Source of the DNA: Amoebophrya sp. A120
Lineage: Eukaryota; Protista; Dinoflagellata
NCBI GenBank assembly: GCA_905178155.1
Contig: CAJINV010000006.1
Location: 626,398-690,397 of the forward strand
Length of the DNA: 64,000 nucleotides
Direction: 5' to 3'
Of this stretch, positions 49,352 through 60,155 are shown piece after piece (positions within the stretch are counted from its first letter, which is position 1; the number at the start of each line of letters is the position of its first letter). The position numbers and the translations under genes were made by a program. A model generated the notes under the pieces. It was not told the origin of the DNA. It saw nothing but the letters and a program-made list of their open reading frames with translations, and did no database searches.

Positions 49352-50881
49352 GAGGGTTGTGGAGAGCAGAGGTAGAGCTAGAGAAGGTGAGTGACAGTGG
49401 TTAAAGAAGTAGGTGACATCACCTCCTCGCACTGAAAATTTAGATTTTGGTTTCAGAACTGAAAAGAGAACTTGTTTCATCATCATTTTCCACTTTTTTA
49501 CAAAACGAACCCTGTAGTTCATATCCTTGTTTCGCTTTTTGTCAAAATGAACCTCTAGTAACGTTGTATCTTGTTTCGGACGGATGAATTTTGATTTTTT
49601 TTTGTCAATATGAAGAGTTTTCTTATTGCACGGTATAGAAGTAGAACCCGTTTCGCGTTTCGCGCACACGAAAATTTTGATTTTTTTGTCATTAGAGTTT
49701 CCTCTAGAAAACGCACGTTCAGACGAGTCTCAATTCTTGTACGTGGCTCGTGCAGGATCGCAATGTCAAATTTGAGTCTCAGAAGTCTATTGCACAGAGA
49801 ATTCTTGTCGTGGTTATTGCATCAGAAATTTTGTTTCGCTTTTGACAGCTTCGCTTTTGACAGCTTGATCTTCACTTTTGACATCAATGTACTCCAAATA
49901 TGTTGCAAATAATTTTGTTTTCACAGCACCCAGTTTGTGATGCAATCGCAGTAGCGAGAACTACCAGGACTGATACTTTTTTTTCGGCCATGAAGTGCCG
50001 GATTCACAGCCTTTTCGCCGTGACACTTTAACATCTCCTGCTAATTCTGATTTTCATCTTGACGATTTCGCGGGTTTTAGAGATTTGGTTTCGAAGCTGT
50101 ATCTTCGCATTTAATGAATCTTGATAGACATCTGGCCCAATATCTACAGGAAAGATTATGATGACAGCAGCACTGCTTTCAACAGCAAGGGCTACATCTC
50201 GCGAGCGTCAAAATTCTCCAGACAATTTTTGTGAGCTTTTTTCTCATCAAGAAATGTACTTATTGAAAACTCTTATCCTGTGGCCCCGAGGTGCGCGGTC
50301 CAGTAGACTCTTGTCTGTGACTTCCTACACCGGAGGCTGAGACGCAGCGCAACAAGATTCTTATCTGCATGCTGCTCCAAAGCGAAACATAATTGCAAAA
50401 AAAGATCGGCTCTGACTCTACAGTTGGAAGGATCGCTATGTTGTGAGAAACAGTGACCATGGATCCTTCAAATATACATTTCTCCCCAGAAGCGAAGGAA
50501 AGGTCAAACAATGTCAAGTGAGATCTGTTTACCAACTAGGGCCTTTAAATTTTGACGCCACGCCCAGGTACATGAAGAGTCATAAAAAGAGATCAAGCAG
50601 ATAAATTCACTCGCAGCTCGCAGACCCGATCAGCCAAAATTTAAATCGCACAAGGACATGCCGAGATCCGCACGAGATCATGCTCGAAAGTGAGTCGATT
50701 AGAACATTCACGATCCCAATGTGAAAAACTACGGACTATTGCTGTTTGCAAAGTTTTTCTTGCAAAAAACCGATTGATCATATCACATCTTCTCTCATCA
50801 TCACAGGGAACCGAGGAAGGTCTTTTCTCAGACTTCTCTCTAGGTACAGAGTAGTAGTTTCACACCAAAAACACACACAAA

Positions 50882-51203
50882 ATGGGTCGTCGTCCGAACA
50901 AGTGCTACCGGTACTGCAAGAACAAGCCGTACCCCAAGTCCCGCTTCTGCCGTGGTGTCCCGGACCCCAAGATCCGTATCTTCGATACGGGTGCGAAAAA
51001 GACTGACGCCAGCGTGTACCCCTGCGCCGTGCACATGGTATAAGAATTAGGGATTTTTTGTCTGATGCACACACATCATAGGTTTAGAAACTTGAGCGTC
51101 GTTTTCATTGGCGTATCCGGCATGACAACCACCAAGTGTGGATTATCTCCAGCATGACAAACAAAAGTCGGAAAAATCTTTAATGCGAAAAAACCATCTT
51201 AGC

Positions 51204-51234
<31 letters not shown>

Positions 51235-52390
51235 GTGCGCAGTAGGTGCAACCGCAACACAATTCTCTATCAGGTCTCCGACGAGAAGCAGCAGCTTTCC
51301 ATGGAGGCTTTAGAGGCCGCCCGTATTGCGGTGAACAAGTACCTGGTGACCAACTGCGGTAAGGATACCTTCCACATCCGTATTCGCCCGCATCCCTTCC
51401 ACGTCTTGCGTGTGAACAAGATGTATGAAATGCAAAAGCATCGTACTAGTATAAATCGCATGACAAACTTCCTCAGCATGAGAAACAAAATTTGTCATGC
51501 GGATTCAACTTGAGAAAGAAATTTGTAATGCATAACTGCGATTACTACGAGTACGATACTTTTGCACAGGATAAGATGCTCTCGTGCGCCGGTGCGGATC
51601 GACTGCAGACCGGTATTGTGGCTTTTGCAATACAAATTTCATTTTCAATGCGGAGTTCCGCATTACAAGCTTCTTTCATCCCTATATTTGAGAATACTAT
51701 TCGGGAGAGTCGGTTTGTCATGCGTGTTTACTGGTAAAATGCAAGTCATGTTTCTCATGCACGGAGTGAAGATGCGAGAAGAGTCACAACATATCCGAAT
51801 TATAACTTTATCAGGTATGCGTGGTGCCTTCGGTAAGACCTACGGTAAGGCCGCCCGTGTCGACATCGGGCAGATCCTGATCTCCGTCCGCTGCAAGGAC
51901 GACAAGACCCACCACGCCGTGGAGGGGCTCCGCCGCGCCAAGTTCAAATTCCCGGGCCGCCAGAAGATCCACGTGAGTCACAAGTTATCAAATGCAAATA
52001 TCCCTGGATGTCTGGAAAGTTGGAACTTGTGATGCTAACTTTGGACTCCAAAAAAATTTGTATCACGCATGACCAGCAAGAGGAGTCGAGTTGGTGCTAC
52101 GCGGGGAGGGCATTTGTCATGCGGAATAGGCGTAAAGAAAAAGTAAGAAAAGCTGTGATGCTAGGGAATAATACGTCACAGACGTCACAGACGCCATGTA
52201 AAATCTGCATGACAAGTTCCAACCTTCCAGACCCAGACATTTTTACATTTGATACAAGTTCGGGTTCACCAAATTCCTCCGTGAGGACTACGCCAAGTAC
52301 AAGGCCATGGGCCGCCTGGTGCCGAACGGTGTGGACGTCAAGTGGTTGTCCAGTCGTGGACCTTTGTCCCGCTTCACCAACCCGAAGTAA
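50882..52390 (+). CDS. RPL10: 60S ribosomal protein L10 (uL16)
   Basis: Exons 50882-51037, 51274-51423, 51579-51612, 51815-51985, 52260-52390: [84 protein letters not shown]; two GT-AG introns and two TIR introns. Confidence 0.98.
51207..51234. repeat. (CT)n microsatellite in RPL10 intron 1
   Basis: About 13 CT units. Confidence 0.9.
51424..51573. mobile_element. Family D introner in RPL10
   Basis: D TIR; DR agatg; splits NKM/LSC. Confidence 0.95.
51986..52254. mobile_element. Family A introner in RPL10
   Basis: A TIR; DR caagt; splits SHK/FGFTK. Confidence 0.95.
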
Positions 52391-53311
52391 AGTGGTGTGC
52401 TGTCGTGTGACAGGATAGCTTGTCTTCGTGCGGGACTACTGCCTACAACACTTCAATGTGTGAAGTGTACGAAGTGGTACATGGATCAACATCGGAAGAT
52501 GAAACTACACTGTGTGAAACTCTGAGCCTTGAATTCTGATGAAAGTGCTATAGATGGTTTGTGTTGTTGTGTCAGCATCGATCATGTTATGATGCTGCTT
52601 TGGCACGACAAAGAGCCATCTTCTGTGCTTTGATGGAATCGAATTGAAACAAAACTGTACCTTGAGAAGATGTGAGACCGAGAACTCAAAAAAAAAGAAG
52701 AAGCTTTGCACTGTACCAGAGCAGGGCACCGAGTGCTGTATGCACTCCTGAATATTCGAGGATGACGAGCAGCGTGTTCCACACCGGCGTCTATGTCGGT
52801 ACTCTATGATGTTGCGTGTCTTCCATAATTTCTCCGTTGCGTACTGCTGCGTCCTCGTCATACTGAAAGATCAATTCAGCCCCATGCGTTGCGAGTCCGA
52901 GTGTAGTACGATCTCAGGTTCAGCGAAGTGACCGTTCTTGCGGGTTAAGACGACCTCCTTCGTGCGTCTTGTTGTCGCGACGTTTCTGCATCTATTCGTG
53001 GTTGACCGTCTTCTTTCCATGGTAAAACAAAGGCTCGTTTCGTTCTCGCCCTCAGATCTGCCCTATTACACCCAGGTAGTGAATCTTCTTTGACCCACCA
53101 GGATGTTATGACCTGTAGCGCAGCCTTTCGTCATGTTTCTGCTTCCGTGAAGCCCGACGTGCTTCGGTAGAAGTAGAGTGGGCACTCCCTACTCTCTTGC
53201 AGTTTACGGACACGCTCGTCTCCGAAAGTACGAAAGGCCGGTTGCGGTACTTTTGCCCGCGCGGAAGATTTTTTGGCAGAAGCACTGCCAAGGAGGAGCG
53301 TCCCGGGAATC

Positions 53312-56300
53312 ATGTCAAACTCCAACAATTTAAAGAGCCGCGCGGTGAAGCCCGGAGGGAAAGACGCTGGAGCAACAGCAGCTACATCCAAAGCAAACAT
53401 CGATGCTGCACTGAAAAAGAAAAAGCAAGCCGGTAGCGGTCCGTTCAGCTTGGCGAACTTGGCGATAATAGGCATACTGATCGGGGTTTTAGCAGCGGTC
53501 TACATGTTTGTCCTGCAACCACAAGAAACTTCTTCCGAAAAGAAAGCAGCAAAGAAAGAGCGGAAACTGCAGTCCAAAAACGAAAAACAAAAGGACGTGA
53601 AGTTGGTAAAGGAAGGCGCTTTCACGGAGAGCGTAAACGAGGGGATAAGAGAGGAAGGGGATGTTAACCGGAAGGAGGTTGATGAGTCACCGTATTATCA
53701 GGAGAAACCGGTATAGAATGATTTCGTAGGTGTTTGATGGTTGCTTCTGTGCATGACAAAATCCAGGTTCCTTGGTTTGGCTTTCTATATGTAGCGAAAG
53801 TTGGATTGGTTGGCACTTGTTGGCGAAGTTTGGCTAAGTGGGATAAGTTGGCGTAAAGTGAGTAGGTATCGTGGCCGGGAGATGATGGTGATGGCATTTC
53901 GATGTCCGCCTGACCCACCTTCCCTGCGTGACAGCCATCTGCGGCCGTTTGCACAGGGGGAGGCAAAGTGTGTCGCACTTCGGTTTAGCATGGCAAAATC
54001 CAGGTAGGTATGCTGTTGTTTTTGCAACTCGGATACAAAAAACCCAGATCGCCTTTCCCAAGCCGCCAGATGTCCGTCCGGCAAAGTGCTTACAGAAGGA
54101 GGCGCTCTACGACACGGGCAACCTCACGGTGTCCATCGTGATCCCCTACCTCAGGGAAAAATACCAGCACATCAAGGGAACAGTCGGAAGCATTCTAGCG
54201 CACACGCCAGCGCGGTTGTTGAAAGTATCAAGTGCAAAAATGTCTGGGTCTGGAAGGATGCAAGGTTTGTCGTGCTTGTCTGGCATAACTCTGAAATCTG
54301 TCATGCGCGTTACCCAAGAGCTCCACTTTTCTGTGATGCAGAAACGCAGTTTGTCATGCAGAATAGGCAACACCTAGAAGCTCAGAAACTTGTCATGCTG
54401 AGGCAGCATTTGTGGCCTCGTCATGAGACGCCACCCAGCATCACAAGTTTCCAGACCCAGACATTTTTACAGTTGATAGAAAGAAATCGTTTTCATATCT
54501 GACGGTAACACTAACGAGGAGGCACATGAGGCGAAGATTTTGAAGCTCAGTCCGCTAACCAGGGTGATCAGGCTGCCAACACGGTATTGTTGTGTTTGTT
54601 GGTATGACAGGGGTACTTATGGTGTAATGCAAACACACGCCTGCTGCTGCTTGTGCTTGCATGACAATGGACAAATGATAATTATGATCAATTCGCAGGC
54701 ACGGCTTAATTTACGCGAAGGAGCGTGGGGCACGGGAAGCGAAGGGCGATATCGTGATGTTCTTCGAACCGCATTGCGTCGTGGGTTACAAATGGCTGGA
54801 GCCGTTAGTGCACATGGTGCAGAAGAAGCCAAATTCGCTGGTATAGGTTCTGTTTACGTGTTTTGTTGTTGCTGTGAATCATGCAGCATGACAAGTTGCT
54901 TTTCTCATGTACAGCACCGCATGACACAATTGAACAAGTAATCCCCCTCCACACAGATCCTCCCCACCCTGGACTACATTCCGCAAGACAACTGGAACGC
55001 GTATTCGAAAGCCTCCTTTGGCCGCTACCGCTTCGAGTGGAATTTCAACCTCATTTACACCAATCCGCCCACCGGGGTGGATCCGGAGACAAGCAGACCG
55101 TTCTTTGCGCCGGCGACCTCCGGGGGGATCTTCGCGATTCGGAAGGACCGGTTTTTGGAACTGAAACTGTTTGACGTGCCCATGCACCAGTGGGGCGGAG
55201 ACCAGATTGAATTGTCATTCAAGGCCTGGCGGTGCGGCGGCAGCATTCTGGTGGTACCGTGCAGTCGGGTTGGGCATTTGTTCCGCGACGTGGCCTTCAG
55301 ACCCTACCCAGTGGATGTGCCACAGGTAAATCTTGAAACATTTGTCATGCAACACCTGCTTTAGGTGGATATTAGCAACGATGATGGTATAATTTGTCAT
55401 GCAAATGTTTTCTAGCCCTGATTTTTTTGTCATGCTGGAAGCCTCAAACCACCATTCTCCAGGTCGTCGAAAATTACGCCAAACTGGCCCGGGTGTGGCT
55501 GGAGCAGCCGTATTACGAGAGTGCACAACTCCCCCTCTTGCTCGTTTGTCATGCAAAATACCCAATCCACCCTTTGCCCTTTGGCGCTGTTTGCATGACA
55601 AGTTCTGGTACCCCAACCAGCACTTTAATCCAGTGAAAATTTGTCATGCAAAACCGGCACTCTTAGTCATGCTCGTACTGCCGTTCATGCTAGACAAATG
55701 AGAGGGAGGGGGAGTTGTGCGTCGTTATACGTACCTCGATGCGTTTTTGAAAGTGAAGCCGGAATCGGCCCGCATGGCGCTGGACGCGAACCTCACCGAA
55801 TCGAGGAATAACATGGCGAATTTGAAATGCAAGTCCATGGACTGGTACGTGCACCACGTCGACCTGGAGCTCGGCTGGGAATCAACGCGGATCTGCATCT
55901 ACCAAATGCAAATATGTCTGGGTCTGGAAAGTTGTGATGCTAATGCCGGAATCGATACGCAACCTGTATTGCGGGGCCGCGCATGACAAGTTTCTCAGCG
56001 GCCATGTCTAGCGTCCACCGCATGACAAATCGCGTTTGTGCATGACAAACAAGTGGCACTGTAGCACAATAAGCATGACAAGACGTTTTGTTTTGCGGCG
56101 CTGATGTGGCACAACAAGCATGACAAACACCTTACATTCCTCCTGACCCAAAAATGTTTGGAGTGCACAGTATCCCCGGGGCGCACAATCACCCGTCGGG
56201 CTGTATGGTGTTCTCAACTGTTACATTCTCAACTGTTGCGTGAATTTGTGACGCAAGAGTTGCAAAAGTGAAAGGGGAGAGGTTGCACTTCTAGCATTAC

Positions 56301-56944
56301 AAGTTTTCCACAGATTTAGGCACTGTTTAGCCCTTCGCAACTTTGTCATGCGAAGCAGCTTTCCCGTGTGAGTCTTCATGGTAGTTCTGCATGACAAAAC
56401 GCACTTGTTGGCGCAATGTAAGGATCGTTGGCGAACGTTAAACGCACCTGTTGGCACAAAGTATGGATCGTTGGCGAACGTAAAACGCATTGTTGGCGCA
56501 AAGTATGGTTTCCGTTGGCGAAAAGTTGGATTTGTTGGCGAGAAGTAAGGCACGTTGGCGAACGTCAAACGCATGTTGGCGAAAAGTTGGTTTGTTGGCG
56601 CAAGTAAGGAACAGTTGGCGTAGTAGTTGGATGTGCCCGAGTGTGATGGTGATGGCTTCGGTCCGCCTGACTCCGCGACCCGGTGGCCTGACCATCTGCG
56701 GAAAGGTGCCCTATGGGTTGCGTTTGTGGTTTCGGTCGGTTTAGCATGACAAATTCATGTAACAGCTGAGAGTGTAACAGTTGAGAGCGCCATAGGCTGT
56801 AAAAAGCCGAAGGCCGCGCCGGGAAGAAGTACCATCGACAAAGTCATGCCAGAAGCGGACTACATCGATTGGGCGCGGCGGTCGGAATTTTTCGGGAACC
56901 TGGACAAGCACTTAGATGGCGACAGCGAGATGCCGACGCAGTAG
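53312..56944 (+). CDS. Polypeptide N-acetylgalactosaminyltransferase-like (GT27) type II membrane protein, no ricin lectin domain
   Basis: N-terminal TM; VSIVIPY..SILAHTP..EIVFISDG..RHGLIYAKERGA..MFFEPHC..WLEPL..GGIFAIRK..WGGDQIELSFKAWRCGGSILVVPCSRVGHLFR..LKCKSMDWY; 4 GT-AG introns and 4 TIR introns. Confidence 0.9.
54226..54478. mobile_element. Family A introner
   Basis: A TIR; DR gaaag. Confidence 0.92.
55514..55729. mobile_element. Family J introner
   Basis: J TIR; DR cgtat/cgtac. Confidence 0.85.
55900..56169. mobile_element. Family A introner with a decayed right TIR
   Basis: DR gcatc/gtatc; removal gives RICIPGAH. Confidence 0.8.
56204..56794. mobile_element. Family H introner with an internal gttggcg-repeat insertion
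   Basis: H TIR; DR ggctg; 591 bp versus 235 bp for the copy at 45125. Confidence 0.88.
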
Positions 56945-57914
56945 TAGGGGTAGGTGTGGAACAAAGTGTGTGGGGGAGGGGAAGGATAGAGCGGCAGCTA
57001 CGTTCTCCTGGGAACTGTGCAACTCCTAGATTTTTTCAAATATAGCAGAAATCAAAAAAGAGAAGAAGAAGATGATGATGATTCAAACTTTTACCAAACT
57101 CTATATCGTGAACTCTTAGCTGAAGCGATCGCTGACTCCGCGATCGGTCTACTACAGTAGAAAAAATTTACGCAAGGACAACTCTAAGTATTTTGCGGGT
57201 GAAAACAACAAACTACCGCCCGCCACAGTCCGACTTCTCGCTGTAAAGGATGAGTATAGCAGCAGCTTCTAGTTGTACCAGCTGCTCCTGATGCGATTTT
57301 TTTAACTTGAATATTTTTTTTTCAACTGAAGCTTTTTATTCAAACGTATGTGCTGTGAGTTGTCGGAGTAATCAACAAAGAAGTTCGGCTTCCTTCAATC
57401 TGCGAAACAAAATTTTGCTGCTTTGAATGATCATTTATTTCGAAGAAAATTTTCCGGGACTAGAAATGATACCGCCCGAAGAGACTGGTTGTAAGCACAA
57501 GAATAATGTAGAGAGCCAAAGTGTTTTTTAGTGCATATTATCTCTTGCTTGCAAGACAGAAGCACAGGCGCCACTTTGGGCGGCACGTTAACGCCTCTCA
57601 AGGTGGAAAAGAACCGGCTGAACACTCGTAAATTGTTTGCTTCTGGTGTTTCCAGGTGTATCTGAGTCGGTTTTCTGATGCAGCCCTCGGTTCGTGTGAA
57701 TGTGAAACGGATAGTTCGAAATTGAAATGATCCCGCAGAAAGGAAGATCGGATATTGCTCCACGAGATCTCGAATGTGTCGCGGAGGATCTTTCGGAACA
57801 ATGCAGATGTCCAGGCGAATGTGATCCCAAATTATCAGTTGCAAACCGCGCTTGTTCCTCTCGGTCCTGACAGCGTTTGGTCCTGCGAGTCGTCTTCAGG
57901 AGCCACACAACAAA

Positions 57915-58010
57915 AGACATAATGATGACAACCTAAAGTTCAGTTCTGCTTCTGACTAGAGCAGTGATGAACCTTCTACCAATTCATCCTTCATCGCCCT
58001 GACAACGTCT
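57915..58010 (+). ncRNA. Box C/D snoRNA, SNORD38/snR61-like, copy 1
   Basis: ATGATGA..cagttctgcttCTGA..GTGATGA..ttcatccttcatcgccCTGA; both guides pair with the conserved LSU stretch AAGCAGAACUGGCGAUG..GGAUGAA. Confidence 0.85.
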
Positions 58011-58118
58011 TAGCAGTAATCTTTGTTTTAACGCATGGCAAACACGCTTTTTGCATAATATTCAGTTATGTTGCACGGTATGGCAGCGCTTGTCATGCAG
58101 AACCGAAGACGAGACAGA

Positions 58119-58214
58119 AGACAAAATGATGACAACCTAAAGTTCAGTTCTGCTTCTGACTAGGGCAGTGATGAACCTTCTACCTATTCATCCTTCATCG
58201 CCCTGACAACGTCT
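58119..58214 (+). ncRNA. Box C/D snoRNA, SNORD38/snR61-like, copy 2
   Basis: Near-identical to 57915-58010. Confidence 0.85.
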
Positions 58215-59344
58215 TTTCAGTACTTAATCGTTTCTTCGCATGACAAGCATGTTTCTCCCATCGCAATTTACATGACAATAATCTTCGCACGTCTAGTTGC
58301 ACGCTTGTAGGCTTTTTTCTCCTCTCGCGTGTTGGTATGTCGCTGCTACAGAAAAAGATCTAGTCATACTTTGCGACCCAAGCGTGCTTTGTTTTCTCAA
58401 CTGGTAGCATTGACTTGGTACTACTGTGGCTAACAATTCAACAGACTCTATTCATTCTGCTTTTTCCTCGATTTGTCACGGATTTATTTCTCATTTTGGA
58501 AATCGTCTTGATGGTGCTTTCTGTCATGCAGGCGGTTCATATTTGCCTATGCGAGCTACACTCTGTGCGTTTGTTTTCTATGCAAACGAAGCAATTTCCA
58601 CGTTCGCGACACCATCTTGCAGTCTCCTATAAGCGATTGTAGCTTTTACTTGTGCTGCAGTCGTTTATTCAGGCTGCTACAGAACTGATGACTTCTTCTG
58701 ACCGGCGTCCCGACTACTACGCACTTGATCCCCCTGGGACGATCATTCTCGTGCCGCTTGTTGTGGCTGATAGCTCACGCTACAACGTCTACTCCAGCGG
58801 GGCAAGCAACATCATGATGATATGCGATTCTCTCTCTCTATTCTGACCTACTTGCTCTTTTGCAAGCAGAGATGGTGAGGTACTCGCTTTTGACTTCATT
58901 CGCTATCTGATAAGTTCCAGTTACTGGACAAGAACCTGCGCGTCTTCCCTGAGCTACAAATCTGTCTTGTATGTTCACACATAACAGAAGAGATCCGTGT
59001 TCCACGATCGGGTTAATATGTACACAAAGATCCATACGGACGAGCAGTCGGGGTCTGTTGCCTGGCTTGTGAATATCAGGAATCCGGTGCAGCTTTGTTT
59101 AGTGCAGACCTGCTCTGAGACCCCTGGGACCCGCATGCTACATCAAACTGTGGCAGAGACCTCTAGTGCCCTTCCAAGAAGAAAAAATGCCGTCAGTTCT
59201 CCCTGAAACAGGCTTGTGGTAGCCTCAAGTTTCTCCTAACACTGATGGACAGGCGATTTTACTTTTCAACTGTTCCGGGTTTTATTGGTTTTTAAACAAC
59301 AGCGTGGTCTGGATCTATACCGTATTCGACTGTGCAGTATGGTT

Positions 59345-59964
59345 GTGATGACAAACTTTTGTCTTTCGCCTCTAACTGAGCTGCGGTTTCTACTGCAGGC
59401 CGGTGCGGAGAAAGCAATAACCTCTAAGAAGTGCTGACTATTAGCGTAAGTACCGCGGCCAAGTCTGTATTGCATAGAATCTTTGCCAAGTACTGTTTGT
59501 CATGCTGAAGCAAGTCGCCATGAAGACAAACTTTTGTCTTTCGCCTCTAACTGAGCGGTGTTATTATGCACTTCCCGTGCGGAGAAAGCAATAACCTCTA
59601 AGAAGTGCTGACTATTAGCGGAAGTACCGCGGCGAAGAACTCTGTATTGCATAGAATCTTTGTCAAGCACTGTTTGTCATGCTGTGAAGCAAGTCACCAG
59701 GAAGACAAACTTTTGTCTTTCGCCTCTAACTGAGCGGTGCCATCACGCACTTTCCGTGCGGAGAAAGCAATAAACCTCTAAGAAGTTCTGATAGCTACCC
59801 TTGAAAAGAAGAACACTCGAAGCTTGTATTGCACTACTGCCGGCGGAAGTGTGGATCATGAAAAGTGTGTAGCGCGACCTCGCTGTGATGACAAAATGCT
59901 TTGTCTTTCGCCTCTAACTGAGTTTCTAGATGCGGAATCAACAACAACCTCTAAGAAGTTCTGA
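59345..59964 (+). ncRNA. Four tandem box C/D snoRNAs (59345-59437, 59520-59611, 59699-59791, 59885-59964) with a SNORD61-like D guide
   Basis: D' guide gtctttcgcc pairs with LSU GGCGAAAGAC; D guide cctctaagaagt pairs with SSU ACUUCUUAGAGG; boxes and guides conserved while spacers diverge. Confidence 0.82.
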
Positions 59965-60155
59965 CAGCTTGTATTGCATAGAACCGCTACGGGAGTCGAA
60001 TCTGCATTTTTTCGCAGTGTCTTTCTATCATGATGAGACCTACAACCTTCAAACTTTAATATACGCTCTGAAGTTTGAATGAAGACACACCATAACTGGC
60101 ACCAGGCTGATAATTTTTCTCTTGTCAATGCTTGTCTTGCATTATGGACAACAGA

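Noticed and set aside
53786-54050. An additional TAT-start introner with DR ctttc
   Set aside because: No matching right TIR; a plain GT-AG intron 53711-54047 restores the frame (KP/IAFPKPP).
84-56220. Dozens of short ORFs sharing peptides such as [35 protein letters not shown] and YGEGGFF as a repeat-protein family
   Set aside because: They are six-frame translations of family A and B TIRs, occur on both strands and in all frames, and interrupt real genes.
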